Below are positions 45,397 through 54,040 of a DNA stretch of 64,000 bases, one piece after another. Location: positions 70,673-134,672 of the forward strand of contig JACPDI010000031.1 of NCBI GenBank assembly GCA_016184105.1, in the 5' to 3' direction. The notes under the pieces are model-generated. The model had not been told where the DNA came from. It saw only the letters and a program-made list of their open reading frames with translations, and ran no database searches. This stretch comes from Acidobacteriota bacterium. Lineage in GTDB: Bacteria > Acidobacteriota > Vicinamibacteria > Vicinamibacterales > 2-12-FULL-66-21. Positions within the stretch are counted from its first letter, which is position 1, and each line of letters starts with the position of its first letter. The position numbers and the translations under genes were made by a program.

Positions 45397-46344
45397 ATGA
45401 GACAGCGCGACGATTGGACGCTCCTCTTCCTCACCGGCGGCTTCGGGCTGCTGCTCGTCGCCATCGTGCTCGGCATCGGCGTCCAGCTCTATCGCGAGTC
45501 GTACCTGTCGATCGAGAAATTCGGCTGGAGCTTCTGGGCCAGCGAGACGTGGGACCCCGTGCTGGGCGAGTTCGGCGCGTTCCCGTTCATCTGGGGCACG
45601 CTGTACTCCTCCGCGCTCGCGATGCTGATCTCGACGCCGATCGCGCTTGGCGTGGCCGTCTTCATCTCCGAGCTCTCCCCCGCCTGGCTGCAGCGGCCGC
45701 TGGTGTTCCTCACCGAGCTGCTCGCCGCGATCCCGTCCATCGTCTACGGGCTGTGGGGCATCTTCGTGCTCGTGCCGATCGTGCGGCAGGCGGAGACCGC
45801 GGTGCCGGAGTGGATGAAGGGCTTTCCGCTGTTCCAGGGACCGCCGCTCGGGGTCGGGATGCTCGCGGCGGCGCTCGTGCTCGCCATCATGGTCATCCCG
45901 TTCACGTCGTCGGTCGCGCGCGAGGTGCTGCGCGCCGTCCCGCGCGCGCAGCGCGAGGCCGCCTACGCCCTTGGCGCGACGCGGTGGGAAGCGATCCGCG
46001 CGGCGCTGTTCTTCGGGCGGACCGGGGTCATCGGCGCGGTGATGCTCGGCTTCGGCCGCGCGCTGGGGGAGACGATGGCCGTCACGATGGTCATCGGCAA
46101 CAACCCGCAGGTGAGCTGGTCGCTGTTCGCGCCGCAATACACGATGGCCGCCGTGCTGGCCAACGAGTTCACCGAGGCGACCGAGGAGATCTACCTCCAC
46201 GCGCTCGTGGAGATCGGGCTCGTCCTCTTCGCCATCACCCTCGTCGTGAACCTCCTGTCCCGCGGGCTGATCTGGGTCGTCAGCGGCAGCGCGCGCCGCC
46301 ACGCGCAGCCCGCGCCGGCGGCGGTCGTGCCGGGAGGAGCGTAA
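45397..46344 (+). CDS. pstC: Phosphate ABC transporter permease PstC
   Basis: ATG at 45397 (MRQRDDWTLLFL). EAAYALGATRWE EAA loop. Confidence 0.9.
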   Translation: MRQRDDWTLLFLTGGFGLLLVAIVLGIGVQLYRESYLSIEKFGWSFWASETWDPVLGEFGAFPFIWGTLYSSALAMLISTPIALGVAVFISELSPAWLQRPLVFLTELLAAIPSIVYGLWGIFVLVPIVRQAETAVPEWMKGFPLFQGPPLGVGMLAAALVLAIMVIPFTSSVAREVLRAVPRAQREAAYALGATRWEAIRAALFFGRTGVIGAVMLGFGRALGETMAVTMVIGNNPQVSWSLFAPQYTMAAVLANEFTEATEEIYLHALVEIGLVLFAITLVVNLLSRGLIWVVSGSARRHAQPAPAAVVPGGA

Positions 46345-46345
46345 C

Positions 46346-47188
46346 GTGCGGCGCCGCAAGGTGACATCCGCCATCGCCGTCGGCCTGTGCGCCCTGTCGG
46401 TGGCCACCGCGCTGCTGCCGCTGGCGGCGGTCCTCTACTTCGTCGTCAGCCAGGGCGTCTCGTCGCTCAACCTCGCGTTCTTCACGCAGATGCCGAAGCC
46501 GGTCGGTGAGACCGGCGGCGGCATGGCGAACGCGATCGCGGGCACCGTGATCCTGACGGGCCTCGGTGCGGCATTCGCGATCCCGATCGGGGTCCTGAGC
46601 GGCATCTACATCTCCGAGTACGGCGGCTCGCGTTTCGCGTCCCTCGTCCGGTTTGCGGCCGACACGCTCAACGGCGTGCCGTCGATCGTGATCGGCGTGT
46701 TCGCGTACGCGGTGTTCGTGCTGCCCTTCAAGCAGTTCAGCGCTCTCGCGGGAGGCGCCGCGCTGGGCATCATGATGATCCCCATCATCACGCGCACCAC
46801 CGAGGAGCTGTTGAAGCTCGTGCCCTCCGCGCTGCGCGAGGGGGCGCTCGCGCTGGGTGCGACGCGCGCGCGGGCGGTCTTCACGGTGGTGCTGCCGGCC
46901 GCGCTGCCCGGGATCCTCACCGGCATTCTGCTGGCGCTCGCGCGCATCGCCGGGGAAACCGCCCCGCTGCTCTTCACCGCGTTCAACAACCGGTTCTGGT
47001 CCACGGACCTCGGCCAGCCAATCTCCTCGCTCACCGTGCAGGTCTTCACCTACGCGATTTCGCCGTACGAGGACTGGCACCGCCAGGCCTGGGCGGGGGC
47101 CCTTGTCCTGGTGTCGATGGTGTTGGTCTGCGCGCTGCTGGCGCGGATAACGACCGCGCGGCTCGAGCGGATGCAGCGCGGCCTCTGA
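46346..47188 (+). CDS. pstA: Phosphate ABC transporter permease PstA
   Basis: GTG at 46346, 1 nt after the pstC stop. REGALALGATRAR EAA loop. Confidence 0.9.
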   Translation: MRRRKVTSAIAVGLCALSVATALLPLAAVLYFVVSQGVSSLNLAFFTQMPKPVGETGGGMANAIAGTVILTGLGAAFAIPIGVLSGIYISEYGGSRFASLVRFAADTLNGVPSIVIGVFAYAVFVLPFKQFSALAGGAALGIMMIPIITRTTEELLKLVPSALREGALALGATRARAVFTVVLPAALPGILTGILLALARIAGETAPLLFTAFNNRFWSTDLGQPISSLTVQVFTYAISPYEDWHRQAWAGALVLVSMVLVCALLARITTARLERMQRGL

Positions 47189-47192
47189 GTCA

Positions 47193-47231
47193 TTTCACGC
47201 CGATTTAACGGTCGCGTGACGCGGCTGTGAC
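47193..47231 (+). promoter_or_regulatory. Four phased Pho-box-like hexamers between pstA and the ArsR gene
   Basis: TTTCACgccgaTTTAACggtcgCGTGACgcggcTGTGAC with an exact 11-bp period. Confidence 0.45.
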
Positions 47232-47254
47232 CGCCGCCCGGTAGGCTCCCGATC

Positions 47255-47716
47255 GTGCATGCACGACACGCGTGTTACTATTTCGTGGTGTCCCCACACA
47301 GCAAGCCGCCGGTCACCGCGCGCCACCTGATTGACGCGGCCAAGGCGCTTGGGCACCCGGCGCGCCTGCGGATCCTCGCGATGCTGCAGGGGCGCACGCT
47401 CTGCGTGTGCCAGATGACGTCCGTCCTCCAGCTCGCCCCCTCCACGGTCTCGGGTCACCTCAACGAGCTGCGGCGCAGCGGGCTCGTGCTCGAGGACAAG
47501 CAGGGAAAGCTGGTGTTCTACCGGCGCAACGCCTCGAGCCCCTTTGCCGCCGTTGTCGCGAACGCGCTCGCCCTCGTCGCCGGCGATGAGGCGATCGTCG
47601 CCGATCGGGCCGTCATCGACCGCGTCCGCACCATCCCGATCGAGGTGCTGACACGGGCCGGGCTGGACCTCGAAACGGCCGGCATCCGCCGCCCGCGGGC
47701 GCGCGCCGCGATCTGA
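47255..47716 (+). CDS. ArsR/SmtB-family transcriptional regulator with CVC motif
   Basis: LGHPARLRILAMLQGRTLCVCQMTSVLQLAPSTVSGHLNELRRSGLV is the HTH, with LCVC at the position of the ELCVCDL As(III) site. The true start may be a GTG at 47285/47288. Confidence 0.8.
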   Translation: MHARHACYYFVVSPHSKPPVTARHLIDAAKALGHPARLRILAMLQGRTLCVCQMTSVLQLAPSTVSGHLNELRRSGLVLEDKQGKLVFYRRNASSPFAAVVANALALVAGDEAIVADRAVIDRVRTIPIEVLTRAGLDLETAGIRRPRARAAI

Positions 47717-47773
47717 TCCCGATAACCATTCGTAATATCCCGAACTGATGTCCTCACGATCGGGTGCCTCAAA

Positions 47774-47845
47774 TTTGAAATAGTAAAAGTGGAATTGAAA
47801 AAGGCACGAAGGAAGAAGTTCAAGGGTGGGAAGTTAAATTGGGGC
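47774..47845 (+). repeat. Cassette repeat copy A (AT-rich, inverted relative to copies B and C)
   Basis: Contains gaaatagtaaaagtg, aaaaggcacgaaggaa and gggaagttaaattgg. The reverse complements of these recur at 47854-47939 and 48399-48470. Confidence 0.7.
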
Positions 47846-47853
47846 TCGCGCGC

Positions 47854-47939
47854 CCAACCTGCTTTTACCGCTTTTAGGCTTAAAGTTCGTGCCCTTCTCG
47901 CTTCACGTTTTACTATTTTCCTTTCTTCCGTCTTCTCCT
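47854..47939 (-). repeat. Cassette repeat copy B (forms an imperfect ~150-nt palindrome with copy A; overlaps the 3' end of the four-helix-bundle gene)
   Basis: ttcgtgcccttctcgcttcacgttttactattttcctttcttccgtc. It is a direct repeat of copy C (shared ttcgtgcc.tt and cttcttccgtc). Confidence 0.6.
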
Positions 47940-48332
47940 ATTCGCCGTCTTGAGTGAGGCGACGAAGATCGCCACCAGCTCCGACGATTCCCTGCGCAGC
48001 CACTCCAGCGAATCATCTTGCAGGCCGATGTCGGCCAGGACTTCAAGCCAGTGCTGGCACTCGTCGGCTTCTTCGCGAACCGTCCCGAGCTTCGCAGTGA
48101 ATTCATCGCAAGAACGCCCGCACCGCGCTGCGCGATAGTTGGAGGCCACGCCGTCGGCCGCACGCCGGAGCTGGTCGCCGATGTCCTGGTACTCCGCCGA
48201 CTGCGGCAACCGCCGCCACAGGGCGATCACCTGCAGCGAAAACTGCTTCGTGCGCTGGCGCAGATCCTCTGAACGCATGCCGCCGCTGCTGTGCACGGCG
48301 AATGCCAGCCGAAATATCCCGGATGTCGGCAT
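47913..48332 (-). CDS. Four-helix-bundle protein (23S rRNA intervening-sequence protein family)
   Basis: TKQFSLQVIALWRRLP...IGDQLRRAADGVASNYRAA...EFTAKLGTVREEADECQHWLEVL fits the family pattern. Confidence 0.8.
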   Translation of the reverse strand: MPTSGIFRLAFAVHSSGGMRSEDLRQRTKQFSLQVIALWRRLPQSAEYQDIGDQLRRAADGVASNYRAARCGRSCDEFTAKLGTVREEADECQHWLEVLADIGLQDDSLEWLRRESSELVAIFVASLKTANRRRRKKGK

Positions 48333-48398
48333 GCGTCGCGACGCAACCGGCCGAATTCTACGGTGTAGACCGCCCGTCGAAGACGCACATTCCGCGTA

Positions 48399-48470
48399 CC
48401 AACTTAACTTTCAACTTCCCCCCTTTTTCCTTCGTGCCTTTTGACTTCTTCCGTCAACTGTTTTCCTTTG
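48399..48470 (-). repeat. Cassette repeat copy C (upstream of the four-helix-bundle gene)
   Basis: ccaacttaactttcaacttccccccttttccttcgtgccttttgacttcttccgtc. A 16/16 core, ttccttcgtgcctttt, is the reverse complement of the copy A core. Confidence 0.7.
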
Positions 48471-48560
48471 ATCGGGCTCTTTCCCTCCCGATCTCGGTAA
48501 TCCGCCCGATACCCCCGCGCGCTCCAGGGACCTACATTGGTAGTGTCAATGGAGGCGGTC

Positions 48561-48869
48561 ATGTTGAAGCACACAGGCGGCGAGACGGTGAAGGGCGGGT
48601 TCTACTGGAACCAGGCGCAGTGGCACCTGGAGAACGTCGAAGGCAGGCACGGGGTGCTGCCGGGGACCGAAGACACGCGGTATACGCGCGTGCCCACGCT
48701 GCTGATGTTCGTGCTCGCGCCGCTGATGGGCGCGCTCTTCGTCGTGTTCCTGCCGTTCATCGGCTTCGCGCTGCTGGTCGGCATGGTGGCGGCCAAGGCC
48801 CTCGGGCTGTTCCGGAAGACCCCGGTGGCGGCGCCGAAGCCGCCGGAGGAGCAGAGGAAGGCCGCGTAG
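48561..48869 (+). CDS. Small hypothetical membrane protein
   Basis: GGAGG 5 nt upstream of the ATG at 48561. One or two TM segments (TLLMFVLAPLMGALFVVFLPFIGFALLVGMVAA). I recognise no family. Confidence 0.45.
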   Translation: MLKHTGGETVKGGFYWNQAQWHLENVEGRHGVLPGTEDTRYTRVPTLLMFVLAPLMGALFVVFLPFIGFALLVGMVAAKALGLFRKTPVAAPKPPEEQRKAA

Positions 48870-48870
48870 G

Positions 48871-49515
48871 TCAGGTCTCCTGGATGATGCCGCGGCGGAT
48901 CGCGAAGCGCGTCAGGTCCGTGCGGTTGTGGAGATTGAGCTTCTGCATCACGTGCTCGCGGTGCGTCATCGCGGTCTTGACGCTGATGTCCAGGAGCGAG
49001 GCGATCTCCTTGTTGCTCCGCCCCTCCGCGACGAGCTTCAGCACCTGCCGCTCGCGGTCGGTCAGTGACTCGTAGGGATCGTCGGCGGGCTCGGTGCCGC
49101 CATCGGGTTCTTTCAGGGCCTCGCGCGCGATCGCGGGATCGAGCACCAGGCCTCCCCGGTGCGCGGCGCGGATGGCCGAGATGAGCTCCGCGCCCGCGGC
49201 TTTCTTCAGCACGTAGCCGGCGACGCCCAGCCGCAGGAAGCGGCGCACGTAGTCGGCGTGCTCGTACTGGGTCAGGATCAGAATGCGCGCGCGCGGCGCC
49301 TCGCGCTGGATGAGCGGCACCGCCTCCAGGCCGCCCAGTCCGGGCATCGCGATGTCCAGCAGGACGACGTCCGGGGACGTCTCGCGCGCGCGGTCGGTCG
49401 CTTCGCGGCCGTCCCCCGCCTCCGCCACCACTTCGATATCGTCGGCGGTCGAGAGCAGCGCGCGCACGCCGTCCCGCACCAGCGCGTGATCGTCGGCAAT
49501 CAGGACTTTGATCAC
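48871..49515 (-). CDS. NarL/LuxR-family response regulator
   Basis: KVLIADDHALVRDG REC domain plus the LTDRERQVLKLVAEGRSNKEIA HTH. Confidence 0.9.
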   Translation of the reverse strand: MIKVLIADDHALVRDGVRALLSTADDIEVVAEAGDGREATDRARETSPDVVLLDIAMPGLGGLEAVPLIQREAPRARILILTQYEHADYVRRFLRLGVAGYVLKKAAGAELISAIRAAHRGGLVLDPAIAREALKEPDGGTEPADDPYESLTDRERQVLKLVAEGRSNKEIASLLDISVKTAMTHREHVMQKLNLHNRTDLTRFAIRRGIIQET

Positions 49516-49521
49516 CTCTCG

Positions 49522-50958
49522 TCACCTTCCAACCGCGGAAGCCGCAGAACTCGCGGAATCACGGCGTATGTCTGCGTGTTGTGCGCTTTCTGCGGTGGTC
49601 ATCGGTACTTGTACCAGAATTCTGGTCCCCTGCCCCGCCTGCGATTCGATCGTGCACGACCCGCCGACCAGGAACAGCCGCTCGCGCATGCCGAGCAGGC
49701 CGAGCCCCTGTCCCGACTCGCGGGGCTGGTCCATCTCGCCGGGATCGAACCCGACGCCGTCATCTTCGATCTCGATCGTCAGGTGCGAGACGGACAGGTC
49801 GCACGCGACCAGCACCGTTTCGGCCTTCGCGTGCCGCTCGATGTTCGACAACGCTTCCTGGACCGCCCGGTAGACGGCGGTGACCACTTCCGGCGGGAGG
49901 TCGATGGGCGTGTCGGGGAACTCGAACTGGACGGCAATCCCGCGCGAGGCGAGGCGGCGCTCCGCGAACCATCGGATCGCCGGCAGCAGGCCGAGATCGT
50001 CGAGCATCGAGGGGCGGAGGTCGTAGATCACGCGGTGCAGGCCATCGATCATCCGGCCCACCAGGGCCCGGGCATCCGCGAGCCGCGCCGACGCGTTCGG
50101 CGGCGCGCCGGGCAGGGCGCGTTCGACAAGGTCGATCTGCATGCCGAGCGCGGTCAGCTGCTGCGAGGTCTCGTCGTGCAGTTCCCGCGCGAGGCGTTTG
50201 CGCTCCTCTTCCTGCGCGGTGATCGACTTTCTGAGCAGCCGGCCGAGCAGCTCGTCGTGCACGAGCGCCAGCCGCATCTTCTCCAGCGCGTGGGCGAGCT
50301 GCCCGATCTCGTCCACGCCCGCCGGGGCGATCGGCCGGCGCAGCTCGCCGCGGGCCAGGCGCTGCGCGTCCGCCGTGAGCCGCTGGATGGGACGGCGGAT
50401 GCTCTGCGCGAAGCCCCACGCCAGGAGAATCGTCATCGCGCACGAGAGGATCGACGCCCAGATGAGCAGGCGCCTGAGCCAGAAGACCGGCTCGAGCGCC
50501 GCGCTGCGGGCCTGGTCGACGCGGATCGACCAGTCGGTGTGACCGACGCGCGCCGTGGAGCTGACCCGCGTGCGCGCATCAACGCCGGACGGGGCGCGCT
50601 GGCTTGCGGCCAGCTCCTGCCCCTGCGCGTCGACGAGGTGGACGCAATACGGCTCCCCGGCGTACTCGCCGAGCAGCGCGCCAAGCGCGGGCACCGTCCG
50701 GCCCAGTTGCGCCGGCAGCGGCAGGGCCCCCGCCCCGGGCTCGAGGTACAGGCGTGACAACTCCGTGTCGATCGCCCGTTCCACGCGCGCCGCGATTCGC
50801 TGCGCGACTTCCGCGCGCTCGCTCTGGAGTGCGGCCGTGATGCGGCCGGTCGCGATCGCGGACGCGCCGCCGACGGCCACGACCCACGCGATGAGCGCGA
50901 CGGCGGACAAGGTCTCCAGCCGCCGCTCGATCGCCCGCCGCCACCATCCGTACGGCAT
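49522..50958 (-). CDS. Sensor histidine kinase, HisKA_3 (NarX/DesK-like) with periplasmic loop and HAMP
   Basis: Two TMs flank a ~150-aa extracytoplasmic segment. HAMP, the H-box RELHDETSQQL, and HATPase G boxes are present. Confidence 0.85.
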   Translation of the reverse strand: MPYGWWRRAIERRLETLSAVALIAWVVAVGGASAIATGRITAALQSERAEVAQRIAARVERAIDTELSRLYLEPGAGALPLPAQLGRTVPALGALLGEYAGEPYCVHLVDAQGQELAASQRAPSGVDARTRVSSTARVGHTDWSIRVDQARSAALEPVFWLRRLLIWASILSCAMTILLAWGFAQSIRRPIQRLTADAQRLARGELRRPIAPAGVDEIGQLAHALEKMRLALVHDELLGRLLRKSITAQEEERKRLARELHDETSQQLTALGMQIDLVERALPGAPPNASARLADARALVGRMIDGLHRVIYDLRPSMLDDLGLLPAIRWFAERRLASRGIAVQFEFPDTPIDLPPEVVTAVYRAVQEALSNIERHAKAETVLVACDLSVSHLTIEIEDDGVGFDPGEMDQPRESGQGLGLLGMRERLFLVGGSCTIESQAGQGTRILVQVPMTTAESAQHADIRRDSASSAASAVGR

Positions 50959-50961
50959 GGC

Positions 50962-51648
50962 CTACGCCACGTGCTTCTCCTCGGCGCCTTCGATCCGTTC
51001 GAGCTCCCGCGGGTGCTCGTGGCGCATGCGCTCGAGGCTGATGCGGCCGGTGAAAATCGTCGTGTCGAACGGAAACACGTCCGGGTTCAGGTGCGCGTTG
51101 TAGATGTGCCAGATGAGGATGGTGAGGAACGCCAGCAGCCCCTCGTTGCTGTGCGCCACCATCGCGACCGGCACGAGCGTCCCGGGCAGGTGCTGCGTGA
51201 CCTCGACCGGGTAGAGCAACACGAGCCCGGTGCTCACGACGAGCACCGACCCGAGGACCAGGCCCCAGTACTCGAACTTCTGCCGGTAGTCGAACCGGTC
51301 GAACCGCGCCTGCTCGTCCGACAGTCCCAGGTAGAACCGCAGGGTGACGATCGCGTCGCGGAAGTCCCGGCGGCTCGGGACGAGCGAGAGCGAGCCGCCC
51401 CCGCGCAGCAGCGCGAAGATCTCCACCGCGAAGTGCACCACCATCAGGACGGCAAACGACAGGCCGCACGCGCGATGGATCCAGCGCGCGCGGTCCACGC
51501 CCCCGAAAAACCCGAGCAGCGACGCCGCCCAGCCCGCCTCGTAGAACTTCTGCGGCAGCCCGGTCGCGCACAGCAGCGTGAACAGGACCATCACGCAGAC
51601 GTGCTGCAGCCGCTGCCAGCGGCTGAAGCGCTGCAGGGATCGCGTCAT
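50962..51648 (-). CDS. Membrane di-heme cytochrome b (FdnI / Ni-Fe-hydrogenase b-type cytochrome family)
   Basis: ATG at 51648 (ATGA overlap). RWQRLQHVCVMVLFTLL, with conserved His residues in TM helices (WIHRACG, VAMVAHSNEG, IWHIYNAHL). Confidence 0.7.
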   Translation of the reverse strand: MTRSLQRFSRWQRLQHVCVMVLFTLLCATGLPQKFYEAGWAASLLGFFGGVDRARWIHRACGLSFAVLMVVHFAVEIFALLRGGGSLSLVPSRRDFRDAIVTLRFYLGLSDEQARFDRFDYRQKFEYWGLVLGSVLVVSTGLVLLYPVEVTQHLPGTLVPVAMVAHSNEGLLAFLTILIWHIYNAHLNPDVFPFDTTIFTGRISLERMRHEHPRELERIEGAEEKHVA

Positions 51649-52694
51649 CGATTCACCGCCATTCGCCACAGGTGCAGCAGCATCTGCAGGATCAACCCGC
51701 CGATGATGAACGGAATGAAGACCGAATACCCGACCTTCACGGCGTAGACCGCCGGCGTGCGCTCCCAGCTCGGCTCGTAGTGCGAGAGCCATGCCTGCGA
51801 GAAGTTGGCGCTCGCCTTCGCGTGGCACTGCCGGCACGTCGTCGCGAGGTTCGCCTGGATGACTTTCGAGGTGCTGTCGCCGACGCGGGCAATGTCGTGC
51901 ACGCCGTGGCAGTCCGAGCAGAGCGCGACGAAGGCCCGCCCGTCCGCCGCGTCCGTCCCCTTCCGGAGCGACGCGGTCTTGCCGTGGAAGTCGGCGACGT
52001 ACGTCTTGAGGACGTTCGTCGACAGGCCGTACTTGCGCATCCGCTCCTCATCGGCGTGGCAGTTGCCGCAGATGTCCGGGCTCGCGGTCTTCCATCCCTT
52101 CTGGCGCGGGCCGCCGATGTCGTGCGTGCGGTGGCAGTCGGTGCACGTGGGCACGTCCGCCACGTTCTTCGCGGCGTCGCGGCCGTGCACGCTGGCCGCG
52201 TACGTCTTGGCGACCCCTTCGTGGCACTTCGCGCACGTGCCGGCGATCCTCGTCCGCGGCACGTCCGGCCGCGTCATGTCGTGGCCGCCATGGCAGTCCA
52301 CGCAGACCGGCGCCATCAGGTCGCCGCGCCTGACCGCCGCGGCGTGGGCGCTGTCCAGCGTGCGCCGGTAGTCCGAGAAGTGACAGCGCTGGCAGCTCTC
52401 GGACATCGACGTCGCGAGCTGGCGCGCCGAGGCAAACCTCCGCCCGGCGTGCGGGATGTCGCGCTGCTGCGGGTGGCAGTCCGCGCATGTCACCTTGCCG
52501 CCGTGCACCGATTGTGCAACGGTGTCGCCGTCGATGCGCAGCGACTTGCTGGACCCGTCGCCAAACGTGATCGCGAGATCCGGCTCGGCGTGACAGGCAA
52601 GACATTCGCCGGCGGCCGGCGCCGGCGCGGGGGCAGGAGCCTGGGCGGCTGGCGGCAGCGCCAGTAAGAACGCGAACACCAGCGGTGGAGACAT
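51645..52694 (-). CDS. Multiheme c-type cytochrome (nine CxxCH motifs) with signal peptide and C-terminal TM anchor
   Basis: The nine motifs are CLACH, CADCH, CQRCH, CVDCH, CAKCH, CTDCH, CGNCH, CSDCH and CRQCH. The C-terminal helix is FIPFIIGGLILQMLLHLW. ATG at 52694. Confidence 0.85.
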   Translation of the reverse strand: MSPPLVFAFLLALPPAAQAPAPAPAPAAGECLACHAEPDLAITFGDGSSKSLRIDGDTVAQSVHGGKVTCADCHPQQRDIPHAGRRFASARQLATSMSESCQRCHFSDYRRTLDSAHAAAVRRGDLMAPVCVDCHGGHDMTRPDVPRTRIAGTCAKCHEGVAKTYAASVHGRDAAKNVADVPTCTDCHRTHDIGGPRQKGWKTASPDICGNCHADEERMRKYGLSTNVLKTYVADFHGKTASLRKGTDAADGRAFVALCSDCHGVHDIARVGDSTSKVIQANLATTCRQCHAKASANFSQAWLSHYEPSWERTPAVYAVKVGYSVFIPFIIGGLILQMLLHLWRMAVNR

Positions 52695-52924
52695 GGAAAC
52701 CTCGTGGGATCCGTTGACGTCTTTAGCAACGGCACTGCCAGCGGGTCTTCGCGGCGCGTCGAGATATTCAGCACGTTTACGGCGCATTCGTCGCCTCGCT
52801 CCACCGCGCGTGCCGGATGGTCGATATCCGCAGCTGCCCCGCTGACGGCATTCCGGCAATTCCGCGCAATATCCGCGTGTCTTCTCGCGCCGGGAGTGGC
52901 ACGCGTTACGCATGGTCGCGAGTC

Positions 52925-53419
52925 ATGCTGCCCGTCGTCGCACTCGCGACGGCGCTGATTGCCCTCCCCGCGTCTGCGACCGTTGCGAATATTCAGAACA
53001 TACGAACATCGACCCCGTTCCTGGCGGAACTGATCGCCGACACGCGCGCGCATTCTCAAACCTTCGCGGAGATGTTTGACCGCGTCGAGCGGTCGGACGT
53101 GATCGTCTACTTCGAGCCCAGCCAGCGCGCGGATTCCGGTCTGCGCGGCTGCGTGCACTTCATGGGCACCGCGGGCCGGTACCGTTACATCCGCGCCCAG
53201 ATCAAGACGCTGATGAACCGGTTCGACGTCGTGGCCAGTCTGGCCCACGAACTGCAACACGCGATCGAGATTGCGGACCATCCCGAGGTACGCAGCGAGG
53301 AATCGCTGGCCGAGCTCTATCGCCGCATCGGCAGCGAGCGCGAGTGGCGCATGTTCGAAACCGATCGCGCGCAGACCACCGGCCGCGCGGTGCGCGCCGA
53401 GGTCCTGGCGGCCCCGTGA
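52925..53419 (+). CDS. Small secreted protein with HExxH motif (putative minimal metallopeptidase)
   Basis: Signal peptide MLPVVALATALIALPASA, and LAHELQHAIEIADHPE. Confidence 0.45.
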   Translation: MLPVVALATALIALPASATVANIQNIRTSTPFLAELIADTRAHSQTFAEMFDRVERSDVIVYFEPSQRADSGLRGCVHFMGTAGRYRYIRAQIKTLMNRFDVVASLAHELQHAIEIADHPEVRSEESLAELYRRIGSEREWRMFETDRAQTTGRAVRAEVLAAP

Positions 53420-53477
53420 CGCGGCGTCCCACATCCGCACACCACTAAACCCGCGAGCCCGCGCGCTCGTCTAATGG

Positions 53478-53984
53478 CTACTTCCGGAGCAGTCGCAGCA
53501 TCTTCGGCGTGGCGAACCACCGGAGATGCCCGGGGCGGGCAGGGGGAAGCGTCTCGACGTCGATCCGGCAGATCGCACCCTTCTTGAACTCGAGCGCGGC
53601 ACGCGCGCCGATCAATTTGGCCGCCAGCTCGCCGATGGTCGGCTCGTGCCCGACGATCGCGATTCGTCTCTGCCGGGAGTACTTCCCGAGTTCCTCGATG
53701 GCCTGCGCCGTGGTGCCCCCAGGCGCGAGCGCGTCGGCCAACGCGATCGGCGCCGTCGAGCCGGCGCCGTCCGCGAAAATCTCCGCCGTCTGCCGCGTGC
53801 GCACGAGCGGGCTGGTCACGACCTGATCGAACACCACCCCGAGCGCCTCGAGCGCCCTCGCTTCCCGGCGCAGGCGGACGATGCCCTTGTGCGTGAGGGG
53901 GCGTTTACCGTCGTCCGGGAACTGGTCGCCGCGCGCGGCGGCAAGCCCGTGTCGAATCAGGTACAGCTCTATTGTCTCAGCCAT
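53478..53984 (-). CDS. sixA: Phosphohistidine phosphatase SixA
   Basis: LYLIRHG...TSPLVRTRQTAE...GHEP, the histidine-phosphatase-superfamily short form. Confidence 0.8.
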   Translation of the reverse strand: MAETIELYLIRHGLAAARGDQFPDDGKRPLTHKGIVRLRREARALEALGVVFDQVVTSPLVRTRQTAEIFADGAGSTAPIALADALAPGGTTAQAIEELGKYSRQRRIAIVGHEPTIGELAAKLIGARAALEFKKGAICRIDVETLPPARPGHLRWFATPKMLRLLRK

Positions 53985-54040
53985 CTCTGTCAGCGCGGGG
54001 CCTTCAGCCCGGCGCGTCCTGCGCGTCGGTCGCGACCGCG

